A stretch of 31,419 bases of DNA from contig JAWSUS010000029.1 of assembly GCA_033549025.1 (NCBI GenBank), forward strand, positions 1 to 31,419, given 5' to 3'. Position numbers and translations under genes: made by a program. The stretch is from Desulfuromonadales bacterium. GTDB taxonomy: Bacteria; Desulfobacterota; Desulfuromonadia; Desulfuromonadales; SZUA-540. The notes below the pieces were generated by a model. It made no database searches. It was not told where the DNA came from and saw only the letters and a program-made list of their open reading frames with translations. Every line of letters starts with the position of its first letter. Position 1 is the first letter of the stretch. Below are positions 8,997 to 18,191 of this stretch, one piece after another.

Positions 8997-9689
8997 ATGA
9001 CGATCCAGAACAATATCCAGACTATCCGAACCCGTCTCGACGCGGCCTGTCGGCGCAGCGGCCGCAATCCGGATCAGGTCAGGTTGGTCGCCGTCTCCAA
9101 GACCAAGCCCGCCAGTCAGATCGAAGAGGCGGCCCGGGCCGGCCAGCAGCTCTTCGGCGAGAGCTACGTCCAGGAGTTCACGGACAAGCGCGAAGAAGTG
9201 CGGCACCCGGTCACCTGGCATTTTATCGGCCACCTGCAGTCGAACAAAGTCAAATACCTGCGGGGCAAGGTCAGCATGATCCACTCCGTCGACCGCCTGT
9301 CCCTCGCCGAAGAGATCAACCGCCAGTGGCAGAAAATCGGCGAGACGGTGGACATCCTTCTGCAGGTCAATCTGGCCGAGGAGGAATCCAAGTCCGGTGC
9401 CACCGCAGAGGCCGCCGAGGATCTGGCCCGCCGGCTGGCCGCCCTCCCCCATGTGCGCCTGCGCGGCCTGATGACCCTGCCCCCCTACTGCGAAGATCCC
9501 GAGGATGTGCGGCCCTACTTCACCCAGCTGCGCCAGCTGTCGGAGCGTATTGCCGCACTGAATCTGCCCAACGTCAGCCTGACGGAACTGTCCATGGGCA
9601 TGAGCCATGATTTTGAAGTAGCCGTGGAAGAAGGCGCTACCCTGGTGCGCATAGGCACGGCAATTTTTGGAGAAAGAGAGTATCGCTAG
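8997..9689 (+). CDS. yggS: PLP homeostasis protein YggS
   Basis: LVAVSKTK, FGESYVQE, WHFIGHLQSNK, GLMTLPP, LSMGMSHDF, GATLVRIGTAIFG. Confidence 0.96.
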   Translation: MTIQNNIQTIRTRLDAACRRSGRNPDQVRLVAVSKTKPASQIEEAARAGQQLFGESYVQEFTDKREEVRHPVTWHFIGHLQSNKVKYLRGKVSMIHSVDRLSLAEEINRQWQKIGETVDILLQVNLAEEESKSGATAEAAEDLARRLAALPHVRLRGLMTLPPYCEDPEDVRPYFTQLRQLSERIAALNLPNVSLTELSMGMSHDFEVAVEEGATLVRIGTAIFGEREYR

Positions 9690-9690
9690 A

Positions 9691-11049
9691 ATGCCACACG
9701 CCAAAGCCCCCAGGGCCCAGTGGGCCAGCCGCCTGGGTTTTATTCTCGCCGCCGCCGGCAGCGCCGTCGGTCTCGGTAATATCTGGAAGTTCCCCTATAT
9801 TGCCGGTGAAAACGGCGGGGGTGCCTTTGTCCTCGTTTACCTGGTGTGCATCGCCATGGTCGGCCTGCCCATCATGATGGCCGAGTTCATGATCGGCCGC
9901 CATACCCGCAAAGATGCCGTCGGCGCCTTCCGCCAACTGGAAGGGGCGCGCTCTTTCTGGCAGGTGGCGGGCTGGGTCAGCGTGGCGGCCGCCTTCATCA
10001 TCTGCTCCTACTATTCGGTGGTGGCTGGCTGGACCCTGGATTACGTCTTCCGCGCCGTCATGGGAAGCTTTGCCGGCGTCTCGCCGGAAGAGATCGAAGG
10101 GATGTTCGGGGGGTTGCTCGCCAATGGGCCGCGCCAGATCCTCTGGCACTTTCTCTTCATGGCCATGTGCCTGGGCATCGTCATCGGCGGCGTCCAGAAA
10201 GGCATCGAGCGCTGGAGCAAGATTCTCATGCCCGTGCTGCTCTTTCTGCTTTTTCTGCTCTTCATGAACGGCATGTTCAGCCCCGGCGCCCGTGAAGGCC
10301 TGGCCTTCATGTTTGAGCCCGATTTCAGCAAGCTGACGGGGGCCTCCGTCCTCGAAGCCCTGGGCCACTCCTTCTTCACCCTCTCGCTGGGGATGGCGGC
10401 CATGATCACCTATGGCTCCTACATGGCCAAGAACGAAGATCTCTTCGCCTCCAGCCTGCGTATCGCCCTGCTCGACACCGGCATCGCCCTCATGGCGGGT
10501 CTGGCCATCTTTCCCATCGTCTTTGCCGTCGGCATGGCGCCGGCCGCCGGTCCCGGCCTCATCTTCAAGACGATTCCGGTGGTCTTCTCCCAGATCCCCG
10601 GCGGTTTTATCCTCGCGATCCTTTTCTTCCTGCTGCTGGCCTTTGCGGCACTGACCAGCAACATCTCCCTGCTCGAATCCCAGGTGGCCTTTCTTATTGA
10701 CGAGAAGGGCTGGGGGCGCAAGCGGGCCACCACGTTCCTGGCCGGTCTCGCTTTCGTCGTCGGTCTGCCGTCGGCCCTCTCCTATAATGCCTTGGGCGGC
10801 TGGACCCCTTTGGGCGACCTGGCCTTCTTCGATGCGGCCGACCTCATCGCCTCCAACTATCTGCTGCCCATCAGCGGCCTGCTCATCTCCGTCTACGTCG
10901 GCTGGTTCTGGAAAGGCAGCGAGGAGAAGGAAGAGCTGGTCGCCGGCGGCGCCGGCTGGGTCTATCCCCTCTGGCATTTCATGATCCGCTATGTGGCACC
11001 TTTGGCGGTGCTGGTCATCCTGCTGAACAAGGCGGGTCTTTTTGGCTGA
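9691..11049 (+). CDS. Sodium-dependent transporter, NSS (SNF) family
   Basis: W.SRLGFILAAAGSAVGLGNIWKFPY..G.NGGGAF, FFTLSLG...MITYGSY, GPGLIF; many transmembrane segments. Confidence 0.95.
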   Translation: MPHAKAPRAQWASRLGFILAAAGSAVGLGNIWKFPYIAGENGGGAFVLVYLVCIAMVGLPIMMAEFMIGRHTRKDAVGAFRQLEGARSFWQVAGWVSVAAAFIICSYYSVVAGWTLDYVFRAVMGSFAGVSPEEIEGMFGGLLANGPRQILWHFLFMAMCLGIVIGGVQKGIERWSKILMPVLLFLLFLLFMNGMFSPGAREGLAFMFEPDFSKLTGASVLEALGHSFFTLSLGMAAMITYGSYMAKNEDLFASSLRIALLDTGIALMAGLAIFPIVFAVGMAPAAGPGLIFKTIPVVFSQIPGGFILAILFFLLLAFAALTSNISLLESQVAFLIDEKGWGRKRATTFLAGLAFVVGLPSALSYNALGGWTPLGDLAFFDAADLIASNYLLPISGLLISVYVGWFWKGSEEKEELVAGGAGWVYPLWHFMIRYVAPLAVLVILLNKAGLFG

Positions 11050-11683
11050 GCTCACGACCTATCTTTTTGATCTGGACGGCACCCTGGTCGACTCCCTGCA
11101 AGATTTGACCACGGCCATCAACGGTCTGCGGGGCGATCTCGGCCTTGCCCCCCTGACGCCGGCCACGGTCAAAAGTTATGTCGGCGACGGCGCCACCATG
11201 CTGGTCCAAAGGGCACTGCCCGCCGCCACCTTTACCGGCAATCTCCTGCAGAATTTTCTCGACCGCTACCGCCGCCATCTCCTCGACCACACCCGTCCCT
11301 ATGCCGGCATACCCGCCTTTCTGGACAGCCTGCAGGGGACGCCCATGGGCGTCGTCACCAACAAGCCCCTCGACATGGCCGAAGAAGTCCTGCGCGGCCT
11401 GGGTCTGCGCCCCTATTTCGGCACCGTCATCGGCGGCGACAGCTGTTCGCAGAAAAAGCCCCATCCAGCCCCGGTAAGACAGGCCCTGGCTGATCTGGGC
11501 TCCGAGGCGGCCACCGCGGTCATGATCGGCGATCATCGCACCGACCTTATCGCCGGCCAGAGCGCCGGCACCAGAACCTGCTTCTGCACCTGGGGGTTCG
11601 GCATCTCCGATGGCAACCCCTATGATTATCTGGCGGCAACCCCCACCGAACTTGGCCGCCTCTTCCCCCGGAGCGGGCCTTGA
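11042..11683 (+). CDS. HAD family IA phosphatase (Gph/PpaX-like)
   Basis: FDLDGTLVDS, VTNK, KKPHP, IGD..TD. TTG start overlaps the upstream stop codon. Confidence 0.9.
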   Translation: MAELTTYLFDLDGTLVDSLQDLTTAINGLRGDLGLAPLTPATVKSYVGDGATMLVQRALPAATFTGNLLQNFLDRYRRHLLDHTRPYAGIPAFLDSLQGTPMGVVTNKPLDMAEEVLRGLGLRPYFGTVIGGDSCSQKKPHPAPVRQALADLGSEAATAVMIGDHRTDLIAGQSAGTRTCFCTWGFGISDGNPYDYLAATPTELGRLFPRSGP

Positions 11684-12993
11684 CTCCTTCTCGCTCCCTG
11701 TCGCAGAAGGAAATCGCCCTCTTTTTCTTTCCCCTGCTCCTCAACGTGCAGTTGATGAGCGTGTCCCACTCCATCATCAATGGCGCCCTGGCCCGACTCG
11801 ACGATTTCGTCACCGCCCTGGCCGCCTTTTCCGTGGCCATGGTGCTGCACCTCTTCGTCGCTTCCCCCTCTTACCAGAACCACACCATCACCATCGCCAT
11901 GGTGCGGGGTCGAAAGTCGCTGCTCGGCACGACCCTCTTCGTGACCCTGGTGGCCTGCCTGGTCTCGGTGCTGCTGGCCCTGCTCGCCTTCACCCAAGTG
12001 GGCGACTTCCTGCTCAGCAGCGTCCTCGGCGTCAGCGGCAAGGTGGCCAGCGGCGCCCGCGACGTGCTGGCCATTCTCGTCTTTCTCCCCTTTTTTACCG
12101 GCTTTCGCGGCCTCTTCCAGGGGCTGGTCATCCGCGCCCGGCGCACCGCTCTGGTCTCCTTCGCCACCGGTGTGCGGGTGGTGGCCCTCTTCGCCCTGCT
12201 GACTCTCGGCGCCCCCTGGTTCAGCGGCCCGGAACTGGGGGCCGTGGCCCTGCTCGGCTGCATTGTGGTCGAAACGGCGTTCATGGGTTTTTTCGCCTGG
12301 CGCTGCCGGCTGCCCGCCACCGGGGAAGAGGAGAAGACACCGGCTGAGATTCTGCGCTACGCCTTTCCCCTGGCTTATTCCTCCTGCCTGCAGCAGACAA
12401 TCCCCCTGCAGATCAACGCGATTATCGGCCGACTGCCCGATGGCGAACTGGCCCTGGCCTCCTTCGGCGTCATCCGCGGCTTTATTTTTCTGCTGGCCGG
12501 GCCCATGCGCAATCTGCAGCAGGCCTATCTGACCCTGGTGCGCGATCGCGACGATTATCAGAGCCTGGTCCGTTTTTTTCTCTGGACCGGTGGCGGCATG
12601 GGGCTGATCATGCTGCTGACCGCTTTCCCCCTCAACAGGGTCGTCCTCGGGCAGCTCATGGGCATCGAAGGGGGCATGCGCGCCTACATCAGCTGGCCCA
12701 TGGCCGCCTGCACCGTCTTCCCGCTGCTGTATGGTGCCGCCAACCTGCTGCGCGGCTTTTTCGCCGGGGCTCACCGCACCGCGCTGCTCGGCCGCTCCAC
12801 CATCTACAAAGCCCTTTTTCTGCTAGTCTGCTGGGGGCTGAGCCTGCGTGTCCATCTCCCCTGGCCGGGAGTGGCCCAAGCCATCGCCCTGCTCCTGCTG
12901 GCCGAAAGTCTGGAGGCCTGGTATCTGCTGCGTCAGCGGCGGCGCCTCTACCCGGATTTTGACCGCTTGCCAGGATCCGCCCTGCCCGGGTAA
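11680..12993 (+). CDS. MATE/MOP-superfamily membrane exporter, ANKH-like
   Basis: About 12 hydrophobic segments in two internal repeats (FFFPLLL...INGALARL...ALAAFSV / YAFPLAY...INAIIGRL...ALASFGV). TTGA overlap with the HAD gene. Confidence 0.7.
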   Translation: MTPSRSLSQKEIALFFFPLLLNVQLMSVSHSIINGALARLDDFVTALAAFSVAMVLHLFVASPSYQNHTITIAMVRGRKSLLGTTLFVTLVACLVSVLLALLAFTQVGDFLLSSVLGVSGKVASGARDVLAILVFLPFFTGFRGLFQGLVIRARRTALVSFATGVRVVALFALLTLGAPWFSGPELGAVALLGCIVVETAFMGFFAWRCRLPATGEEEKTPAEILRYAFPLAYSSCLQQTIPLQINAIIGRLPDGELALASFGVIRGFIFLLAGPMRNLQQAYLTLVRDRDDYQSLVRFFLWTGGGMGLIMLLTAFPLNRVVLGQLMGIEGGMRAYISWPMAACTVFPLLYGAANLLRGFFAGAHRTALLGRSTIYKALFLLVCWGLSLRVHLPWPGVAQAIALLLLAESLEAWYLLRQRRRLYPDFDRLPGSALPG

Positions 12994-13024
12994 ACTGTAG
13001 ACAGAACCCGCCAAGGGAGACGTC

Positions 13025-13198
13025 ATGGACAAAAAACACCCCTGCCCCGACTGCAAAATGTGCCAGTGGTGCTCCGACGACCGCTGCCGCCTCTGCCTGT
13101 GCGCCGGCGGCTGCCGCAAAAAGCTGAGCATGGCCGAGCAGATTGCCCTTTACGAGAAAATCAATCAAGAAGAGGCTGCCGCCAAAGGCGACAAATAG
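13025..13198 (+). CDS. Small cysteine-rich protein, 57 aa (not in ORF track)
   Basis: AAGGGAG RBS; MDKKHPCPDCKMCQWCSDDRCRLCLCAGGCRKKLSMAEQIALYEKINQEEAAAKGDK*; host-like codon usage. Confidence 0.85.
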   Translation: MDKKHPCPDCKMCQWCSDDRCRLCLCAGGCRKKLSMAEQIALYEKINQEEAAAKGDK

Positions 13199-13265
13199 AG
13201 GATTGTCCTCTTCCATGCTATCCTTATATTTCGATGTCGTCGCCCTAACGCAGGCTTGACCTCTT

Positions 13266-14090
13266 ATGCCAAGGACACCTTCTATTCCGATGCGGCACGC
13301 TCTCTTTCACCTGACGAGATCGCCCTCGATTGCCTGGCTGAAATTCCTCCTGCTCTGTGCCGGCGTTATCTGGCTGCTCCTTCACGGCGCCCGCAACCTC
13401 GGCTATCACTGGCAGTGGTATCGGGTACCGCGTTATCTTTTCACTTGGGAGGACGGCGTCTTTTCTTTTGGCCCGTTGCTCAAAGGTCTGGGCGTCACGT
13501 TTGAAATTGTCGGCATCAGTCTGGTGCTGGCTTTCGTGATCGCCCTGCTGACGGCCCTGGCCCGGATTTCCTCTTCCGCCGTGGCGGGACTGCTGGCCCG
13601 ACTGTATCTGGAAACCATCCGCAACACGCCCCTGCTCATCCAGCTCTTTTTTGTCTATTTTGTGCTTTCCCCCATCCTGGACCTGGGCCGCGTCACCGCC
13701 GCCGTGCTGGCCCTGAGCGCCTTCGAGGGGGCTTACGCTTCGGAAATCATCCGGGCGGGGATCGTCTCTGTCCACCGGGGACAATGGGAGGCGGCTCACA
13801 GCCTGGGGCTGGGACGTCTCGACACCTACGGCAGCGTCATACTGCCCCAGGCCTTTCGCCGCATCCTCCCCCCCCTGACCAGTCAGGCCATCTCCCTGGT
13901 GAAGGATTCGGCCCTTGTCAGTACCATCGCCATTTACGATCTCACCATGCAGGGCCAGGCGATTGTCGCCGAAACCTTTTTGACCTTCGAGATCTGGTTC
14001 ACCGTGGCGGCCATCTATCTCGGAGTCACCCTGTCCCTGTCGGCGGTGGTCAAAGGGCTGGAAACCCGCCTGAAGGAAAGAGCGGTATGA
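13266..14090 (+). CDS. Polar amino-acid ABC transporter permease
   Basis: IRNTPLLIQLF, AYASEIIRAGI.SV..GQWEAA.SLG, LVKDSAL. Start could be 13290. Confidence 0.93.
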   Translation: MPRTPSIPMRHALFHLTRSPSIAWLKFLLLCAGVIWLLLHGARNLGYHWQWYRVPRYLFTWEDGVFSFGPLLKGLGVTFEIVGISLVLAFVIALLTALARISSSAVAGLLARLYLETIRNTPLLIQLFFVYFVLSPILDLGRVTAAVLALSAFEGAYASEIIRAGIVSVHRGQWEAAHSLGLGRLDTYGSVILPQAFRRILPPLTSQAISLVKDSALVSTIAIYDLTMQGQAIVAETFLTFEIWFTVAAIYLGVTLSLSAVVKGLETRLKERAV

Positions 14091-14839
14091 ACGCAAAAAC
14101 CCTGGGCCAGGATATGGTCGTCATTACCGACATCAGCAAGACCTTTCCCAACCGGGTGCAGGCCCTCAGCCGCTTTTCCCTGACCATCCGCGAACGGGAA
14201 GTCGTGGTCGTGGTCGGGCCGTCCGGCTCGGGCAAATCCACCCTGCTGCGCTGCCTTAACGGCCTGGAGGAAATTGACGGCGGCACCATCGTCATCGACG
14301 GTATTGCGCTGGACGAAAATCCCCGGAACCGGCTGAAGATCCGGCAGGAGGTCGGCATGGTCTTTCAGTCCTTCAACCTTTTTCCGCATCTGACCGTGCT
14401 GGAGAACATCAACCTGGCCCAGATGCGGGTGCGCAAAAAAAACCGCCGACAGGCCACGGCTCTGACCATGGAACTCCTCGGCAAAGTCAATCTGGGCGAG
14501 AAGGCGCAGGCCTACCCCTCCCAGCTCAGCGGCGGTCAGCAGCAGCGGGTCGCCATCGCCCGCGCCCTGGCCCTGCACCCGAAAGTCATGCTCTTTGATG
14601 AGGCCACCAGCGCCCTGGACCCCGAAATGATCGGCGAGGTCCTGGAAGTCATGCGTTCCTTGGCCCAGGAGGGGATGACCATGGTGGTCGTCACCCATGA
14701 AATGGGTTTTGCCCGGGAAATCGGCGACCGGGTCGTCCTGCTCGACCATGGCCGCTTGATTGAAGTGGCGCCGGCCGCCCGGTTTTTCTCCGCCCCCCGC
14801 GAAGAAAGAAGTCGCCACTTTCTGCAGCAGGTTCTCTGA
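14087..14839 (+). CDS. Polar amino-acid ABC transporter ATP-binding protein (GlnQ-like)
   Basis: GPSGSGKST, LSGGQQQRVAIARAL, LFDEATSALDPE. ATGA overlap with the permease. Confidence 0.95.
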   Translation: MNAKTLGQDMVVITDISKTFPNRVQALSRFSLTIREREVVVVVGPSGSGKSTLLRCLNGLEEIDGGTIVIDGIALDENPRNRLKIRQEVGMVFQSFNLFPHLTVLENINLAQMRVRKKNRRQATALTMELLGKVNLGEKAQAYPSQLSGGQQQRVAIARALALHPKVMLFDEATSALDPEMIGEVLEVMRSLAQEGMTMVVVTHEMGFAREIGDRVVLLDHGRLIEVAPAARFFSAPREERSRHFLQQVL

Positions 14840-14866
14840 CCACAGTTTTTTTGACAGGAGGCCGTT

Positions 14867-15700
14867 ATGTCCCGATTCAGACCCTTGTTCACGATCCTCG
14901 CCGTCCTGCTGACGGTATTGGCATTGGCCAGCGTTTCCGCAGCCGCCGACCTCCGCCAGGAACTGGTGGAAAAAAGTACGCTGGAGCAGGCTCTTCGCAA
15001 AGGCACACTGCGTGTCGGCATGTCGACCTTCGTCCCCTGGGCCATGAAGGACAAGACCGGCAACCTGATCGGCTTTGAAATCGACGTCGCCACCCGGCTG
15101 GCGAAGGACATGGGGGTCAAAGCGGAATTTGTGCCGACGAAATGGTCGGGCATCATTCCCGCCCTGCTCACCGGAAAATTCGACATCATCATCGGCGGCA
15201 TGGGGATTCGGCCCGATCGCAGCGTCAAGGTGAATTTTTCCATCCCCTATGACTATTCCGGCATGTCGCTGGTCGCGCACCGAAAAAAAGCGGCGGGCTT
15301 CGACGCCCTCGCGGATTTCGACCAGGAAGATGTCGTCATCGTCGCCCGCATCGGCACGACCGCGGCGACGGCCACCAAGACCTTCATGCCCAAGGCGACC
15401 CTGCGCCTGTTTGACGATGAATCCCAGGCCATACAGGAGCTGCTGAACGGACGGGCCCACGCCTTTGTCACCTCCAAACCCACGCCGGCCTTTTTGGCTC
15501 TGAAGCACGCCGACAAACTGTTTCTCCCCCTATCCGGCACCTTCACCCGGGAGCCCATCGGCTTTGCCATCCGCAAAGGCGATGTGGATTTTCTCAACTA
15601 CCTCGACAGCTGGATTCGCGTCGTCGAAGCCGAGGGGTGGCTGGAGCAGAAGCGGCAATACTGGTTCGAAAGCCGCGCGTGGGAGGCCCTGATTCAGTAG
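14867..15700 (+). CDS. Polar amino-acid ABC transporter periplasmic binding protein (family 3)
   Basis: Signal peptide; GFEIDVA, WSGIIPALLTGKFDII, FSIPY; GGAGG RBS. Confidence 0.94.
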   Translation: MSRFRPLFTILAVLLTVLALASVSAAADLRQELVEKSTLEQALRKGTLRVGMSTFVPWAMKDKTGNLIGFEIDVATRLAKDMGVKAEFVPTKWSGIIPALLTGKFDIIIGGMGIRPDRSVKVNFSIPYDYSGMSLVAHRKKAAGFDALADFDQEDVVIVARIGTTAATATKTFMPKATLRLFDDESQAIQELLNGRAHAFVTSKPTPAFLALKHADKLFLPLSGTFTREPIGFAIRKGDVDFLNYLDSWIRVVEAEGWLEQKRQYWFESRAWEALIQ

Positions 15701-15749
15701 CATCACTCCTTTTTCCTGGCCGGGGACCGGCCTTTGAAGCGCCATCATC

Positions 15750-16640
15750 ATGACCTACTTGCCGGGGCCGTCCCCCAGGATCAAGAGACTGGACATCGTC
15801 CTGCTGGTCGGGCTGGCGGCCCTCGCCGTCACCCTGATCTTCAGGATTCACAGCAGCCTCGACTATCGTTGGAACTGGGCCGTCATCCCCCAGTATCTGC
15901 TGCGATTTGACGAGGCCTCCCGGCAGTGGGTACCCGGTCTGCTGCTGGAAGGTCTCTTCACGACTCTCCGCCTGAGCGTCTGGTCCATGCTGCTGGCCTT
16001 GCTCTTCGGCCTGACCATGGGCCTGTTTCGAACCAGTCCCAGCCTGTTCAAGCGTCTGGTGGGGCAGACCTACGTCGGCCTGGTGCGCAATCTGCCGCCG
16101 CTGGTCATGATCTTTCTTTTCTACTTCTTTCTGAGCAGCCAGCTCACCCCGGCGTTCAGCGGCCTCCCGGCTTTTCTCGGCGAGCACCCTACGATCTCCC
16201 GCTGGGTCGGCATCCTGTTGGCTCCGCCCGAGTTTCTCGAGCAATTTCTGTCCGCCACCCTGACGCTGGCCCTCATCGAAGGCGCCTACATCACCGAAAT
16301 TGTCCGTTCCGGCATCCAATCCATTGAAAAAGGGCAATGGGATGCGGCCCGGGCTCTCGGGCTCTCCTATCGCCAGCAGCTGCAGGATATCGTTCTCCCT
16401 CAGGCCTTTCAGCGAATGCTGCCACCTTTGGCCGGGCAGTTCATCTCCACGGTCAAGGACTCGGCTATCGTGTCCGTCATCTCCATCCAGGAACTGACTT
16501 TTCAGGGCACCGAACTGATGGCCACGACCTACCTGACCCTGGAGGTATGGATTACCATTACCCTCATGTACCTCCTGCTGACTCTCACCCTCTCCCTGGG
16601 AGCCCGGCAGCTTGAGCGTTACCTCAGGAACCGAACCTGA
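15750..16640 (+). CDS. Polar amino-acid ABC transporter permease
   Basis: VRNLPPLV, AYITEIVRSGIQSI.KGQWDAA.ALG, VKDSAIVS. Confidence 0.93.
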   Translation: MTYLPGPSPRIKRLDIVLLVGLAALAVTLIFRIHSSLDYRWNWAVIPQYLLRFDEASRQWVPGLLLEGLFTTLRLSVWSMLLALLFGLTMGLFRTSPSLFKRLVGQTYVGLVRNLPPLVMIFLFYFFLSSQLTPAFSGLPAFLGEHPTISRWVGILLAPPEFLEQFLSATLTLALIEGAYITEIVRSGIQSIEKGQWDAARALGLSYRQQLQDIVLPQAFQRMLPPLAGQFISTVKDSAIVSVISIQELTFQGTELMATTYLTLEVWITITLMYLLLTLTLSLGARQLERYLRNRT

Positions 16641-17058
16641 GACAAGCCCCCGTAACCAACCGAGCGTGAACCGGGATTCCCGTCTCCCGGCGCTCCTGCC
16701 GCGATCCGGATTGGTTCCATCTAAGTAAAATAACGGCACGTTCCGTGACATGGCGGACAGAGTCGATGTCACACAATCGCGTCCTCCGCGGCCCGTTCCA
16801 CGTCATTTTTTTGACTTTATAAATTCACCCGCCCTGTCGTCATTCACCTTGGCCGGGCCCTGTCCTTATCCGCAGAAAAGTTGAAAGAATCAAAACAGGA
16901 GAACCGAGAAAAGCCCACCATATTGCGCCCCTATGGGGAAACCGGACCTCGTGCGGAGCTGGCCCCGCTCGTCCATCGTCAACAAACCATCCACCCTGCC
17001 CAGACGCCGGTGGCCCCGAAGAGGACGGAATGCGGGAAAAAACTTGTGCATCACAATA

Positions 17059-17075
17059 AAGGACTGTTTTTTGCA
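17059..17075 (+). promoter_or_regulatory. Possible weak sigma54 promoter of the chemosensory operon
   Basis: AAGGACTGTTTTTTGCA gives GG-N10-GC with TTGCA, but the -24 context is poor. Confidence 0.3.
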
Positions 17076-17196
17076 TTCATTTCTCCCGGAAGAACAGATC
17101 TACGTTCAGAAAGACAGCTTATCGGCGCCCAACTTTCGCGTCGGCCCGATTAAACATCCTATGGATATTTAAAACTCAACAGGAGGCAAATTCACA

Positions 17197-17568
17197 ATGG
17201 CAAAGATCTTGATCGCTGACGACAGCCCCACCGAACTCGCTTTTCTGCAGGAAACCCTCAAGGGGACCTCTCACGAAATCATCATTGCCAGAGACGGCAA
17301 GGAGGCGGAGGAAAAAGCCCGCACTCAACCCGTGGACCTGATCATTCTGGACGTCGTCATGCCGAACAAGAACGGCTTTCAGGTCTGCCGAGATCTTAAA
17401 AAAGATCCCAAGTTCAGCAGTATCCCCATCATTATCACCACGTCGAAATCAGGGGACAGTGATAAGTTCTGGGGCAAAAAGCAGGGCGCCGATGAATACA
17501 TCACCAAGCCCTATGAGCCTGTCGACATTCTGCTGGCCATCAAAAAACATCTGGGAGGGACTAAGTGA
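17197..17568 (+). CDS. Single-domain response regulator, CheY/PilH-like
   Basis: ILIADDSPTE, ILDVVMP.KNGFQVCR, TSK...DKFWG.KQGA.EYITKP (the D..WG.KQGA stretch is PilH-like). Confidence 0.92.
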   Translation: MAKILIADDSPTELAFLQETLKGTSHEIIIARDGKEAEEKARTQPVDLIILDVVMPNKNGFQVCRDLKKDPKFSSIPIIITTSKSGDSDKFWGKKQGADEYITKPYEPVDILLAIKKHLGGTK

Positions 17569-18128
17569 ATCTAGCGGCGATTTTGAGCAAGTTCCTGTCG
17601 GGGCGGGACACGGGCCAGCTGGTGGTGAAATTTGCCGGGGCGCAGCATCTGTGCAAAATATCCATCGACAGCGGGGCGGCCGTGTATATCTCCCTGGGAA
17701 CGCTGGGGCCTGACGAAACGCTTGACTACATAGCAGACAAGCAGGCCCTGCAGGCCAACTTCATCGAGGGCGTGCCCGCCCGGAAAAAGCTCGATGAACC
17801 CTTGAACGAACGCCTTTTCGCTTTGGCCCAGGGCGGGGCCGCCACAGCGCCACAGGCGCCGGCGCCGGCCAGACCCGAGCCGAAACCGGCAGCAGGCGAT
17901 GGCGAAAGCGGCCCCATCACCTCTCAGCAGGTACAGGCCACTATCGAAGATTTTATTGATCTGGTCGGCCCGCTGGGAACGGTCATGGCGGACAATGCCC
18001 TGGCGAGCGTTGGATACGTCAAAGGGTCAGGCATGAGCCTGAAGGCGTATGCCGATTTTCTGGCCGAGCTGGAAGACGAGATCCCTGAAGGACAGCGCAA
18101 GGCCTTTCTGTCTCGCCATCATAAGTAA
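17565..18128 (+). CDS. Hypothetical protein with degenerate DUF4388/PATAN-like N-terminus, Pro/Ala linker and small helical C-terminal domain (VGPLG motif)
   Basis: GTGA overlap with cheY and GGAGG RBS; TGQLVV....CKISI.SG..V pattern resembles DUF4388. Confidence 0.7.
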   Translation: MNLAAILSKFLSGRDTGQLVVKFAGAQHLCKISIDSGAAVYISLGTLGPDETLDYIADKQALQANFIEGVPARKKLDEPLNERLFALAQGGAATAPQAPAPARPEPKPAAGDGESGPITSQQVQATIEDFIDLVGPLGTVMADNALASVGYVKGSGMSLKAYADFLAELEDEIPEGQRKAFLSRHHK

Positions 18129-18191
18129 GCAGAATCTTGTCACCAAATTCATTCGATGTTCTGGCCGGCCAGAATCGAAGGAGGTTTTCAC

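Noticed and set aside
16734..16750. GGCACG as a sigma54 -24 box
   Set aside because: The -12 position reads GA rather than GC, and the site is about 450 nt from the next gene.
16765..16774. 10-mer GATGTCACAC shared with 26176-26185, on either side of the che cluster
   Set aside because: One 10-mer match between two ~500-bp regions is near chance expectation, and it is not a full CRP/FNR palindrome.
16840..17172. Short ORFs upstream of cheY
   Set aside because: No RBS, atypical codons and overlapping frames; more likely a regulatory region.
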